From Mesoaciditoga sp. (GTDB lineage Bacteria > Thermotogota > Thermotogae > Mesoaciditogales > Mesoaciditogaceae), in assembly GCA_002878315.1 (NCBI GenBank), contig PNIW01000014.1, positions 20,038 through 84,037 on the forward strand: a stretch of 64,000 bases of DNA. Direction: 5' to 3'. The position numbers and the translations under genes are program-made. A model generated the notes under the pieces. It was given only the letters and a program-made list of their open reading frames with translations. It was not told the DNA's origin and searched no databases. This document shows positions 23,873 through 34,561 of this stretch, piece by piece (position 1 is the first letter of the stretch; every line of letters begins with the position of its first letter).

Positions 23873-25522
23873 ATGGAAAGGATAATAAGAGCACCCAGAG
23901 GAAACAAGATAACGTGCAAATCCTGGCAGACAGAGGCTCCGATGCGCATGATAATGAACAATCTCGATCCGGAGGTTGCCAGAGATCCCGCACATCTTAT
24001 AGTCTACGGTGGAACGGGAAAGGCCGCGAGAAACTGGGAGTCTTTTGATGCCATAGTGAATACGTTAAAGAGACTCGACGATGATGAAACTTTAATAGTA
24101 CAATCCGGCAAGCCCGTCGCGGTCTTTAGAACCAATGTATGGGCTCCGAGAGTATTGATCTCGAATGCCATGTTGGTACCAAAATGGGCAGATTGGGATT
24201 ATTTCAGAGAACTCGAATCGAGAGGGTTGACAATGTTTGGCCAGATGACGGCCGGCAGTTGGATATACATAGGGACCCAGGGAATTCTCCAGGGTACCTA
24301 TGAGGTTTTTTACGCTGTCGCAGAAAAATACTTCGGAGGAACCCTTTCAGGTAAAATCGCAGTTACTGCAGGTCTCGGAGAGATGGGAGGAGCCCAGCCT
24401 TTGGCCGTAACATTTAACGGTGGCGTGATGATAGCCGTTGAAGTCGACAAACGCATGATAGAAAGAAGGCTTGAAAAACATTATCTCGATACATGGACGG
24501 ATTCTTACGAGAAGGCAGTAAAGATGGCCGAAGAAGCGGCAAAGGAAGGGCGGCCGCTTTCAATAGGTCTTCTTGGAAATATCGCAGACATCCTTCCAAG
24601 AATGGTAAAAGAGGGTTTCACACCCGACATAGTCACGGATCAAACTTCGGCTCACGACCCACTTAACGGGTACATTCCTTCGGGCATGGACGTTGAAAGC
24701 GCGGCCGAAATGAAAGAAAGAGACAGAAATGGTTATTTGAACAGGGTCTTCGATTCTATGGTAAAGCATGTTGAGGCCATCGTCGAGATGAAAAAGCGCG
24801 GCGCAAAGGTCTTCGAGTATGGAAACAATCTGAGGCGGATGGCATACGATCACGGTGCCAAGGATGCGTTCGAGATCGTTGGATATGTGCCCGAATACAT
24901 AAGGCCTCTTTTTGCCCAGGGCAAGGGGCCGTTCAGATGGGTAGCCCTCTCCGGTGATCCTCAGGACATATACAAAACAGACGAGGTCGTTTTAAAACTC
25001 TTTCCATACGATGATCATCTGAAAAGATGGATAAAGATGGCCCACGAAAAGGTCAACTGGCAGGGATTGCCCGCGAGGATATGCTGGCTCGGTCAGGGAG
25101 AAAGGGAAGCCTTCGGGCTTGAGATAAACAAAATGGTAAGGGATGGCAAACTTTCTCCGATCGTGATAGGACGCGATCATCACGATACCGGATCCGTTGC
25201 CTCTCCATACAGAGAAACTGAAGCCATGAAAGATGGATCGGATGCTATAGCGGACTGGCCAGTTCTTAACGCCCTTTTGAACACGGCCTCCGGAGCGACA
25301 TGGGTTTCGGTCCACCATGGCGGAGGCGTTGGAATAGGTTATTCGATACACGCAGGTTTTGTCTGCGTTGCCGACGGGACAAAATTAGAAGACGAAAAGA
25401 TATCGAGGGTCTTAAACAACGATCCAGGAATCGGAGTCGTCCGTCATGCGGACGCTGGATACGAAATAGCAATTGAAACTGCCAAGAAACATAATATAGA
25501 TATGCCGATGGGAGGTTTTTAA
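23873..25522 (+). CDS. hutU: urocanate hydratase
   Basis: [59 protein letters not shown]. Confidence 0.97.
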   Translation: MERIIRAPRGNKITCKSWQTEAPMRMIMNNLDPEVARDPAHLIVYGGTGKAARNWESFDAIVNTLKRLDDDETLIVQSGKPVAVFRTNVWAPRVLISNAMLVPKWADWDYFRELESRGLTMFGQMTAGSWIYIGTQGILQGTYEVFYAVAEKYFGGTLSGKIAVTAGLGEMGGAQPLAVTFNGGVMIAVEVDKRMIERRLEKHYLDTWTDSYEKAVKMAEEAAKEGRPLSIGLLGNIADILPRMVKEGFTPDIVTDQTSAHDPLNGYIPSGMDVESAAEMKERDRNGYLNRVFDSMVKHVEAIVEMKKRGAKVFEYGNNLRRMAYDHGAKDAFEIVGYVPEYIRPLFAQGKGPFRWVALSGDPQDIYKTDEVVLKLFPYDDHLKRWIKMAHEKVNWQGLPARICWLGQGEREAFGLEINKMVRDGKLSPIVIGRDHHDTGSVASPYRETEAMKDGSDAIADWPVLNALLNTASGATWVSVHHGGGVGIGYSIHAGFVCVADGTKLEDEKISRVLNNDPGIGVVRHADAGYEIAIETAKKHNIDMPMGGF

Positions 25523-27936
25523 TGCACCTTAGCCTTAGAGAATACAACTTCGAGGCAAGTACGAAGTATACCCTGCTTTCTTTGATCTTTTTTGGTCTTC
25601 TCGTGCTTTTTGCGTTTTCATTTCCGCCAAAGATTTTGCCACTTTACGAGTTAATGCTTTTTGCATGGACGGTCTTTCTCGTGATTCTAACCTTCGATCC
25701 GCTCGCATGGATGCCTTTTGCCGTCACGCACACCCAATTTGCAAATGGAATGGCGATGGCCCTTTCAGTAACGGTTGCAAGGTCCATAATCGAGGAGGGT
25801 TTTTTCGTTCCGAATGAAATACTTCTTATCCTTTTAGGATTGTGGTGGGCAAGCGTTCTATTTCATTTTATAACGAGCGAATCGTTTATCTTTTCCTATC
25901 TTGGCGGAATAGAAAGGCAAATGGGAATGACCTTCAGATTGACAATACCTGTCATCCTCTTTGCCGGATGGCAGGTTTTTGAGACAGTAGGATCACATGC
26001 CTTCTTTGCGATCATAATATCGGCCGGGATTGTTGAGATGGTAATCCTTACTCTTCAATTTTTGGATGAAGAGCACAGGATAAAGTACGATTTTTCTTAC
26101 CTTAAATCCATTGGATTCAGAAGGTACACGGGGACCATCTCAAATCCAATTCCGGTTGCGAACTTTTTACTTACCATCCTTCCCTTAACCTTTGCCTTTT
26201 ATCTCGATTCCCCTCTCTTCTTATTCTTTGTTATATCATATTTAGCGATAACATGGGGGCTTTTCCTCTCCCACGGCCGGGGATCTTACATAGCCTCCAT
26301 TATGGTATCGATTCTCGAGGTTATATACGTTGTCTTAACGTCAAAGCCAATTTACATGGTCATAATCGCTTTAGCCGTCATCATTCTTCCTCCTATTTTT
26401 TACCTTTTTACTCCTCAGGGAAAGGAAAACTGGAACAGGGTAAAGATAGTCATTGATTTTGTAAAAAGAAAGATAAGGAGGACAACTTCACAATCGGCCG
26501 GACAGGAACAACCTGAATCCTCGGCAGTTAACAGGGCCTTTATATGGAATGAATCAAGGCGCGCTTTCAGAAGAAGACCTTGGCTTGGTTATGGCATCGA
26601 AAACATAGCGAGGGCCATGAGGAGCAAATTTTCAAGGAAGTCATCTGCGTATTTCATGACACAGGTTGTAGACAGATCGCACAACCATTATCTTGATCTC
26701 CTGCTGGAAGGCGGCATAACCCATCTTTTGATATACCTCGCACTTGTTGCCTTTTCAATATATTCCTCGATTGTAACCGGGATGCCATGGATAGGAATAG
26801 CGATAGTTGGATACTCTTTAGATCTGATCTTTTCCTTTCCGCTCCAGCCTAACTACCTTATCCTGATGCTTATACTTTCTGTATCGGCCGGCCTTCAATT
26901 TTCTGCTTTCCATTATTTATCCTATATATTTTTAGGACTCTTTTTGGTCTATCTTATCAATTTGTACTTTGCCCATGTCAACAACGTCGGAATGAGATAT
27001 GTTCAGCTTGCCTTTTCTGCCGAGAATTTAGGAGACGCGAAGGTTGCTCTCGACGCAACACTTTCGGCTCTTAAGGTCTCTCCTTACGAACAAAGGTTTT
27101 TTACCGTCGCGTCCAACGTACTTGAAGGAATATCCTCGATTGGAAAATTGCAATTCGAGGATTTGCACACCTTTCGTGTATGGTTTGAAGCTTCAAAGGA
27201 ATTTATCTTAAAACATTCGGAAGCGCCGGATGTGCCATTCGGGACAATGTCGATGGTTTATGCCGTGGTCTTTAGCACGACGAAGGATGCGAATTACGCG
27301 AATGAATCGTGGAATCTTGCAAAGATGGCCCTAAAGGTCAATCCTTTTTCTCTGAGCGCGAAAAGGGCCATTGTGACACTTCTTAACACTTTGGGGACGC
27401 TTTACAATGAGCGGAAGATGTACGATGTAGCGAAGAAAGATTTTAAGCAGTCGACAGCCATTTTGAGAAGGATAATAGATGACTTTCTAAACTCTCCTTA
27501 CGCGAATTACGAACTCGAGAACAATTACTGGCAGGCTTATTTTGATATGGCAAAGAAGTCTGAAGATCAGGAAGGATTGAAAAAGTATTTCGAAATATAC
27601 AAAGAAAGGTTCAGCGGAATATTATTCACGTACGACATCTTTACAAAAATTTCAAAGGTATTTTCAACCCCGGTCGGATGGACCATTATAAACAGAGATG
27701 GCACGAAAATCCTCTATCCTGTTAACACCGTAATGGGGCCTCTCGTCAAACGCGTGTGGAAGTTCTCTCACAAAATGACGGACGGAAGGATTGAAGAGTT
27801 GTATCTGACCGTTGGGAAGGACGCAAAGGTAACGGAGATGTCTTTAAAACCATTCATCGATGAATTCATGAAGTATTTAGACAAATACGGTAGATTCGCA
27901 GATTACTGGAAAGATGAAGGCTTTATCGAGAATTGA
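25522..27936 (+). CDS. O-antigen ligase (Wzy_C)-like polytopic membrane protein with C-terminal TPR-like helical domain
   Basis: About 12 TMs, GTISNP, GRGSY, RAFIW...RPWLGYG, DRSHNHYLDLLLEGG, then helical repeats (ALKVSPY / ALKVNPF). Confidence 0.72.
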   Translation: MHLSLREYNFEASTKYTLLSLIFFGLLVLFAFSFPPKILPLYELMLFAWTVFLVILTFDPLAWMPFAVTHTQFANGMAMALSVTVARSIIEEGFFVPNEILLILLGLWWASVLFHFITSESFIFSYLGGIERQMGMTFRLTIPVILFAGWQVFETVGSHAFFAIIISAGIVEMVILTLQFLDEEHRIKYDFSYLKSIGFRRYTGTISNPIPVANFLLTILPLTFAFYLDSPLFLFFVISYLAITWGLFLSHGRGSYIASIMVSILEVIYVVLTSKPIYMVIIALAVIILPPIFYLFTPQGKENWNRVKIVIDFVKRKIRRTTSQSAGQEQPESSAVNRAFIWNESRRAFRRRPWLGYGIENIARAMRSKFSRKSSAYFMTQVVDRSHNHYLDLLLEGGITHLLIYLALVAFSIYSSIVTGMPWIGIAIVGYSLDLIFSFPLQPNYLILMLILSVSAGLQFSAFHYLSYIFLGLFLVYLINLYFAHVNNVGMRYVQLAFSAENLGDAKVALDATLSALKVSPYEQRFFTVASNVLEGISSIGKLQFEDLHTFRVWFEASKEFILKHSEAPDVPFGTMSMVYAVVFSTTKDANYANESWNLAKMALKVNPFSLSAKRAIVTLLNTLGTLYNERKMYDVAKKDFKQSTAILRRIIDDFLNSPYANYELENNYWQAYFDMAKKSEDQEGLKKYFEIYKERFSGILFTYDIFTKISKVFSTPVGWTIINRDGTKILYPVNTVMGPLVKRVWKFSHKMTDGRIEELYLTVGKDAKVTEMSLKPFIDEFMKYLDKYGRFADYWKDEGFIEN

Positions 27937-27944
27937 GGTAGAAT

Positions 27945-29816
27945 ATGTGCGGCATATTTGGGGTCGTTGGGAAAACAGATGCGAATGAACTTTTGGAGAT
28001 ATCGAAAATTTTAAAGCACAGAGGACCAGATGATGAAGGATTCTGCTCCATTCCGGATGTAAAACATTTTTCTGGTCCCGATACCGTCGGTAGCCTTGAT
28101 TTTCCTCTTATTTCGGGAAATTTCAACGGAGCTTTTGGCTACAGAAGATTGAGTATATTAGATCTTTCTCCGAAAGGCCACCAGCCGATGGAAAGAGATG
28201 GATACGTAATCGTCTTTAACGGGGAGATATACAATTTTCTCTCGATAAGAAAAGAGCTCGAGGAATTGGGGTACACCTTTAAGTCATCAGGAGACACTGA
28301 GGTACTTTTGACCTCATACATCCATTGGGGAGAAAGATGCGTAGAACATTTCAACGGCATGTGGGCCTTTGCGATATGGGACCCAAAAAGAAAGATCATC
28401 TTCGCTTCGAGAGACAGATTTGGAATAAAGCCCTTTATTTACTTTCACGACGGAAAGTATTTCGCCTTTGCCTCCGAAGAAAAAGCACTTTTGAAGTTTT
28501 CTAAAGTTCCCAAAAAGGTCAACATGAATGACGCAAGAAGATACCTCGTCTGGGGAATGCAGAATTTCTTCGAAGAATGCATGTTCGAAGGAATGAAAAG
28601 GTTACTTCCCTCCCACAACCTTGTCTTTGATGTTGAAAGTGGCCGAATAAAAATTTACAAGTACTGGGACGTAAATCCCAATATTCAAAAAGCTGAGTAC
28701 GACGAGAAACAGGCGCGAATTTATTTTGAAAGATTTCGCGAGATCTTCACTGATGCCGTAAAATTAAGGCTTATAAGTGATGTTAAGGTTGGCACTGCCT
28801 TAAGTGGTGGGATAGACTCGTCTTCCGTCGTATACACGATAAATGAATTGATGAAAGATCAGAAAATTCCTTCCATAGGAGATGTCCAGTACACATTTTC
28901 GGCAGTGTACGGGAATTACAAGGCGGACGAATCAAAATGGATAGATATCGTCGCGTCAGAGACTCACGTCAGATCTTTTAAAGTGATGCCTGATCAGGAG
29001 GATCTTTCTAAATCGCTTGAAGGAATCGCGTACGTTCACGATGAGCCATTCGATTCAACCTCCACATATGCCCAGTACCGTGTCATGAAATTGGTTAAAG
29101 AAAGTGGTGTTACGGTAACTCTTGACGGTCAGGGAGGAGATGAGATAGCGGGAGGATATCCTCTTTACATGCCCATAATGGTAGCCGAAAATTTTCCAAA
29201 TAGGACCTTCTTTTCAGAGATAAAGAACTTGAAAAAGGCAAACGCTTCCTTTTCACTCTTTTTGAGAACGATTGGCACAAAATACATGAATTCTCTTGCC
29301 CAAAAAAGATACTTTGAAGAAATTTCATCTCAGATATTCAAGCACAAAATAAAGTTTATCCCATATGGAGGAAGAGCAAAGTCTGAATTTTCTCACATGA
29401 ATCTTCGCGCATGGGCAGATATGAGAGAAGAACTCGTAGATCTTCTTAAGACGGCCGACAGAAATTCAATGGCTTTTTCAATAGAATCACGATTTCCATA
29501 TCTCGATTACAGGCTTGTTGAATTTGCCATGTCCGTACCGTCCGCTTACAAAATCCACGATGGGTGGACCAAGTACCTCTCAAGAAGAAGCTTTGAAGGG
29601 CTCATAAATGAAAAGATTCTTTGGAGAAAGGATAAACTCGGCTTTCCAACACCTCAAAAAGAATGGTTTGAAATGGGATTTGAAAAATTCGCAAAAAATT
29701 ACATAATTCAATCCAGGCTTATAAAAGAAATGAACGTAAAGGTTGAGAAAGTACCGCATAAAATCCTATGGCGCATCGTCAATCTTGCGGCGTGGGAAAA
29801 GGCCTTTCAATTTTAA
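27945..29816 (+). CDS. asnB: asparagine synthase (glutamine-hydrolysing) family amidotransferase
   Basis: MCGI N-terminal nucleophile, HRGPD, FNGEIYN, RDRFGIKP, LSGGIDSS, DGQGGDE, ESRFPYLD. Confidence 0.88.
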   Translation: MCGIFGVVGKTDANELLEISKILKHRGPDDEGFCSIPDVKHFSGPDTVGSLDFPLISGNFNGAFGYRRLSILDLSPKGHQPMERDGYVIVFNGEIYNFLSIRKELEELGYTFKSSGDTEVLLTSYIHWGERCVEHFNGMWAFAIWDPKRKIIFASRDRFGIKPFIYFHDGKYFAFASEEKALLKFSKVPKKVNMNDARRYLVWGMQNFFEECMFEGMKRLLPSHNLVFDVESGRIKIYKYWDVNPNIQKAEYDEKQARIYFERFREIFTDAVKLRLISDVKVGTALSGGIDSSSVVYTINELMKDQKIPSIGDVQYTFSAVYGNYKADESKWIDIVASETHVRSFKVMPDQEDLSKSLEGIAYVHDEPFDSTSTYAQYRVMKLVKESGVTVTLDGQGGDEIAGGYPLYMPIMVAENFPNRTFFSEIKNLKKANASFSLFLRTIGTKYMNSLAQKRYFEEISSQIFKHKIKFIPYGGRAKSEFSHMNLRAWADMREELVDLLKTADRNSMAFSIESRFPYLDYRLVEFAMSVPSAYKIHDGWTKYLSRRSFEGLINEKILWRKDKLGFPTPQKEWFEMGFEKFAKNYIIQSRLIKEMNVKVEKVPHKILWRIVNLAAWEKAFQF

Positions 29817-29839
29817 AAAAGCCCCCGAAGGGGCTTTTT
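29815..29839. terminator. bidirectional intrinsic terminator
   Basis: AAAAAAGCCCC-CGAA-GGGGCTTTTT between convergent genes. Confidence 0.85.
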
Positions 29840-31908
29840 CAATAAATCGATATCGCGTATATCTCGTGCATATCTTTGTACTGGTAAGATATGCCTACAA
29901 CAGTTACATTGCTACCGTTTTGCGGAAGAGTCCCTTTTGAGAAATAGACCGTCGCAGGCCCGGATCCGTCATTTATCTGGAAGATATTCCCTTTTGCATT
30001 TGAAACTGTTCCACTTACCTGAACGAGAACTTCTGAATATTTTGAGTAATCTCCGGTCTTTATAACCACAGGAGCGGGAGGAGTTGTGCTACCGATGATT
30101 TTAAGGGAGGTTATATCTACCTCCAAAGAATTATCGTAGGATGTAAAGTTACCGGTGAACTGGACTATGTCCCCCGGTTTTATGTTCCCATGCTGACCGT
30201 ATATTCTTATTCCGTATCCATTCGAGAAAACATAAGCGTTAGATGCGCTTACAACAGCAGAGACTATGCCCGTTGAAGTTATTGTCTGGTTGAAGTAAGA
30301 TTGAACATTTGAAAGCAGATCCTTCAAAGAAGGTGAATAATTCAAATTCACGCTCTCAAGGATCGGTGTGTAATTTGAAGCCGAATAAAAGCCCGTTGCG
30401 GCGAGCACATAATTGGCGTTATCCTTTACGATTATTCCCTGCGCATAGACTTCCGTTCCATCGTTTACCGGTGGTTTCATTCCCAAAGCAGAGAATCTTA
30501 TCATCTTACCGTCTTTGTCCACAATGTAGATGCCATCTCCTGATACTTTCACAGTTCCCTTTATCATTACTGTAAGGCCGTCGTAATTCGCTATCTTGTC
30601 AAAAGAAGGTTCGAATGGAAGAGGAAGAAGATTTTTGGAAATAACCTCTGGAACACTTACTGCTGAAATTTCGAGTTGCCCTCTGTATGTGTCTACGGCG
30701 CCAACGACGCGGACGGTGTCTCCGGGTTTGAGGATAAGTTCTGGATTTGCGACACTCCCAAGCCAGAGTTCTAGACCGGCTATCTTTCCATTGTACGTTG
30801 AAGAGATAAAGACTGTCGGCCCAAAAACGGCTTCCACAGTTCCAACGGTCTTTACGAGTTTGTTCATGTAGATGTAAGAATTGCCAACGATCTGGCTAAG
30901 CAGTGCAATCTCCGATGATGGCAGACGGGCAGCCATTACAGATACACCTTTCCATAGTTCGTTGAACTGATTTGTGGCCTGAGAGATAAGGGATTTATTT
31001 GAAAGTATTATTCCAACTTCTCTGTTTTGCATCATCGATGTGTAAGAAACATTTTCAGATCCTATAAAAAGATAACTGTCATCCGATATAATCATCTTTG
31101 CGTGCACATAAGGAGATTTAAGAATTCCAACTTTGACACCGGCAACGGCAAGTTGCGCAAGTCTGTAATTGCTCGACATAGATTTTGCACTTGATTCAGG
31201 TTCTATGAGTTTTACGTCCACACCTCTTTGCGCGGCATTTTCAAGTGCAGTGAAGACTTTGCCTTCAGGTACTTCTTCTTCTGCTATCAGAAGCGAACTT
31301 TTTGCGCTATTTATAAGCCAGACAAGATCGCTTTCGCTGTTGGGACTTAAGACAAGATATTCTCTCGGTGCCGATCCTGCTGGGACGTTATTCCAGTCAG
31401 CATTGAAAACCATAAGAAGAGCCTTTACTATCTGTGGATCGTGAGTTTCAACGTTTGCCTCAAAATTCTGGGCTATTCCACTGTATGTGAGATTTGAAGT
31501 ACCGAAGATAGCGTAAGAGTCATCGATTATCATAACTTTCGCGTGATCGAAGGTGAATCTTGAAGGAGCCCATCGTACATATGCCCCCATCTTCGTAAGG
31601 GTGTTGTACGCATAATCAGCCTGAGCCTGCATGTTGTAGGGATGCTGATCGAGAATGATCTGAACGTTGACGCCGCGGTTTACGGCGCTTTCCAAAGCGT
31701 TAAAAATGTCATTTGCCGTTATAACGTACATTTCTATCTTTATAGATGTCTTGGCGCTTTTTATGGCATTTAAGAATGGTGTTTCTCCGGTCACCGGCTC
31801 GAAAAAGATGCCTGTTGTGGTTGAAGTCGTGCTTATCACAGGTTGTGCAAGGGCGGTAAAGGTCATAAACAACGAGATAATGATTAAAAAGACGTAAAAC
31901 CTCTTCAT
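29839..31908 (-). CDS. exported phospholipase D superfamily protein (2 HKD motifs) with tandem C-terminal OB folds
   Basis: Signal peptide ending ALA; HAKVMIIDD..FGTSN and HAKMIISDD..IGSEN; repeats KPGDTVRVVG...YRGQLEI and KPGDIVQFTG...YDNSLEV. Confidence 0.75.
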   Translation of the reverse strand: MKRFYVFLIIISLFMTFTALAQPVISTTSTTTGIFFEPVTGETPFLNAIKSAKTSIKIEMYVITANDIFNALESAVNRGVNVQIILDQHPYNMQAQADYAYNTLTKMGAYVRWAPSRFTFDHAKVMIIDDSYAIFGTSNLTYSGIAQNFEANVETHDPQIVKALLMVFNADWNNVPAGSAPREYLVLSPNSESDLVWLINSAKSSLLIAEEEVPEGKVFTALENAAQRGVDVKLIEPESSAKSMSSNYRLAQLAVAGVKVGILKSPYVHAKMIISDDSYLFIGSENVSYTSMMQNREVGIILSNKSLISQATNQFNELWKGVSVMAARLPSSEIALLSQIVGNSYIYMNKLVKTVGTVEAVFGPTVFISSTYNGKIAGLELWLGSVANPELILKPGDTVRVVGAVDTYRGQLEISAVSVPEVISKNLLPLPFEPSFDKIANYDGLTVMIKGTVKVSGDGIYIVDKDGKMIRFSALGMKPPVNDGTEVYAQGIIVKDNANYVLAATGFYSASNYTPILESVNLNYSPSLKDLLSNVQSYFNQTITSTGIVSAVVSASNAYVFSNGYGIRIYGQHGNIKPGDIVQFTGNFTSYDNSLEVDITSLKIIGSTTPPAPVVIKTGDYSKYSEVLVQVSGTVSNAKGNIFQINDGSGPATVYFSKGTLPQNGSNVTVVGISYQYKDMHEIYAISIY

Positions 31909-31923
31909 ACTTCCACCTCCGTT

Positions 31924-34560
31924 TTAGTTGACGATGGTTGTTATTCCATCGGTATTTTTAAGGTATATTATTTTCTCTGTCATCTGTCTAAAAGCATCGT
32001 CATGCGTTACGACTATAAATTGATCCATTTCTCCGATGAGATCCGGCAAGGTTTCGGAGAGTGCATTTTTTCTTTCTGAATCGAGATTTACCGTTGGCTC
32101 ATCGAAGATGGCAAAGCCGGATCTCGAAAAGAAGGCACTCATGGCCATTCTCATCGCCAAAGCGAGGGCAACCTGTTCTCCGCCCGAAAGCATTCCAAAG
32201 GTTCTGTCAGAGGTAAATCTCCCATTTTTGGATATAAGATGCAGATCGTAATTTTCGTCCCAGAGGATCGTGTCAGACCTTTTTGTAAGAAGGTTGTAAT
32301 TTATCATCGCTCTAACAGATATATTTTCTCTGTAAATAGTCGATACCTGAGATCCCATCTGATCAAGAAGGGATCTTAGATTATTTGCCATTTCCATCTT
32401 TATCTTTATTTTTTTGATAGATGCCTTTGTGTCTTCCAATTTCAGGCGTTTTTTCTCAACCTCGAGAGATTCATCTAATTTGTGTTTTAGATCTGATGTG
32501 AACTCCCCAAGTTCCATATTTGCCGCATTCGTCTTTGATGAGATAATTTCAATTTCCTTTTGGGCCCTGCTCAATTCTTCACCATTGTAAATGCTTTTAA
32601 TCTCCAGCAAATTGGAATTGATTTGATCGATATTCTTTTCGATAGATTCTATCTTCGATTTTCTATCCTCTATTTTTGAAATGATCTCGCTGATGAGTGC
32701 GGCCTGTTTTTGGTTTTCGACATACAGGTCATGTCCCTTTTTAACATTTTTCAACATTTCTCTATGAGAATCGTACTCTTTTGTAAGATTTTCTATCTCG
32801 GATTTTATCTTTTCTTCGTCCGGAAGGGTTTGTAAAAGTCTATCTAATTCCGATCTTAATTCTGAGAGATTTCGATTTTCTTGTTCGATAACTTTTTTCA
32901 GGTTTTTGGATAAATTTTCAAGATCGGAAAGCGATTTTTTAATCTTTTCTTGATTTTTCTCTTCCGACTCTACAAGAGATCTTTTTGATGCGATTTCTTC
33001 ATAGATTTTCCTGAGTTTTGCCTCTATGCCTTCGAGGTAGGCCTTTATGGAATTCATGATCTCCTCGTGGTGCTTTTCGATCTGGCCTATTTGTTCTTCT
33101 ATACCAGCTTTTTCCGTTTGTAACTTTAAAAGTTCGGATTCTGACTTTTCAATCTGCGGATCGAAAAATCTGTCAGGATCTCCATTTATGTTGAGACATC
33201 TCTCTTTAAGATAGGGACATATTCCATTCTTGAGAGTCTCTTTTGCGCTTTGCAAATCCTTTATCTTTGAATTCGTTATGGCTATTCTCTCTTTTAATTC
33301 ACCCAAGCGATCTTCTAATTCTTTAACGTTTATCGATGGCAGGATGAATCCGGGAAGTTCAGCGTAATTTCGTGTGTTCATTGCCTCTTTGAATTTTTGC
33401 CTTTCCATTTCAAGATCTCTTAGCGTTTTTTCTTTCTCTTCTAATTGAACTTTTAATTCATTTACTTTATCTTCAGATAACTTTAACTGATCGAGATAGA
33501 TCTGGCGATTTCGATCACTTTCTGCCAATCTTTCTTTGCTCAAGGAGATCGAGACGGAAAATTTTTCGATCTCTAACCTTTTGTCGGAGATTTTTTTATT
33601 CATCTTCTGAATATCATCGAGGGTGTTTCTCATGCGTGAAATTCTTTCATTTTCTTCCTGTACCTTCAGGTATATCTCTTCGTAAAGTAGGTAATCCTTT
33701 CTGTAGGTGTCGAGAATCTGACCGGCGCTTTCAGACTCTGATTTTGACTTACTCAAATTCACAAGTTCATTCTTCAATCCCTCGAGATGACTTTCCAGGA
33801 TCTTTTTATCTGATATCATAGAGTTTATTTTCTCTCTAAGATTGATCTGGTCCGATATAAAAATTTGAAGTTTTTCACTTTTGCCTATTAATACAGATAT
33901 TTCTTCTTCCTTAGATTTTATTTTTTCTTCAAGTGATCTTATCTCTTCAGGCAAAGATGCCTTTTGATTTATCTCGAATTCTAAATTGTTGGCTGTATTA
34001 TTGAGATTATTCAAATTAAGACTAAGTGTATCGAAGTACTTTTTTACATGGGTTGAAGAGATCTTTTTGTATATCTCGGTGTCAAAGAGCGCGTTAAAGA
34101 AGTTTTTTCTCTCACTTTCTCTGCCGGAGAATATATCTGTGATCTGATTTTGGTAAGACGTTATGACATTTTTGTATATTTTCTCAGGATCCGTCTCTAT
34201 CCTGAAGAGTTGTTTCATCTTCTCGATAACCTTTGTGTTTCCATCAATCGTTAATCCGGTATCATCTGAAAGTCTAACCCTTGACTGGGATGAAGAGATC
34301 TCCTTTGTAATGATAAAATGCGTTCCATCCGATACGAAATCAACCTCAATGAATGCGGTACTTTTAGGATCTTCATTTGTTATGAACTGGGAAAGTTTTT
34401 TCTCATTGGTTATTCCAAAAAAAGCAAGACCTATGGCTTCTAAAATACTTGATTTCCCGGATCCATTCGGACCTATTATCAGATTGAGACCTTCGGAAAA
34501 AGAGATGAACGAATCGATATGACTTTTGAAATTTTGAAGTTTTACCGATCTTATTATCAT
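31924..34560 (-). CDS. sbcC: Rad50/SbcC SMC-family ATPase
   Basis: LQNFKSH, GPNGSGKSS, long coiled coil, central CPYLKERC, LSGGEQ, FDEPT, VTHD; ATG 34560. Confidence 0.9.
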   Translation of the reverse strand: MIIRSVKLQNFKSHIDSFISFSEGLNLIIGPNGSGKSSILEAIGLAFFGITNEKKLSQFITNEDPKSTAFIEVDFVSDGTHFIITKEISSSQSRVRLSDDTGLTIDGNTKVIEKMKQLFRIETDPEKIYKNVITSYQNQITDIFSGRESERKNFFNALFDTEIYKKISSTHVKKYFDTLSLNLNNLNNTANNLEFEINQKASLPEEIRSLEEKIKSKEEEISVLIGKSEKLQIFISDQINLREKINSMISDKKILESHLEGLKNELVNLSKSKSESESAGQILDTYRKDYLLYEEIYLKVQEENERISRMRNTLDDIQKMNKKISDKRLEIEKFSVSISLSKERLAESDRNRQIYLDQLKLSEDKVNELKVQLEEKEKTLRDLEMERQKFKEAMNTRNYAELPGFILPSINVKELEDRLGELKERIAITNSKIKDLQSAKETLKNGICPYLKERCLNINGDPDRFFDPQIEKSESELLKLQTEKAGIEEQIGQIEKHHEEIMNSIKAYLEGIEAKLRKIYEEIASKRSLVESEEKNQEKIKKSLSDLENLSKNLKKVIEQENRNLSELRSELDRLLQTLPDEEKIKSEIENLTKEYDSHREMLKNVKKGHDLYVENQKQAALISEIISKIEDRKSKIESIEKNIDQINSNLLEIKSIYNGEELSRAQKEIEIISSKTNAANMELGEFTSDLKHKLDESLEVEKKRLKLEDTKASIKKIKIKMEMANNLRSLLDQMGSQVSTIYRENISVRAMINYNLLTKRSDTILWDENYDLHLISKNGRFTSDRTFGMLSGGEQVALALAMRMAMSAFFSRSGFAIFDEPTVNLDSERKNALSETLPDLIGEMDQFIVVTHDDAFRQMTEKIIYLKNTDGITTIVN

Positions 34561-34561
34561 G

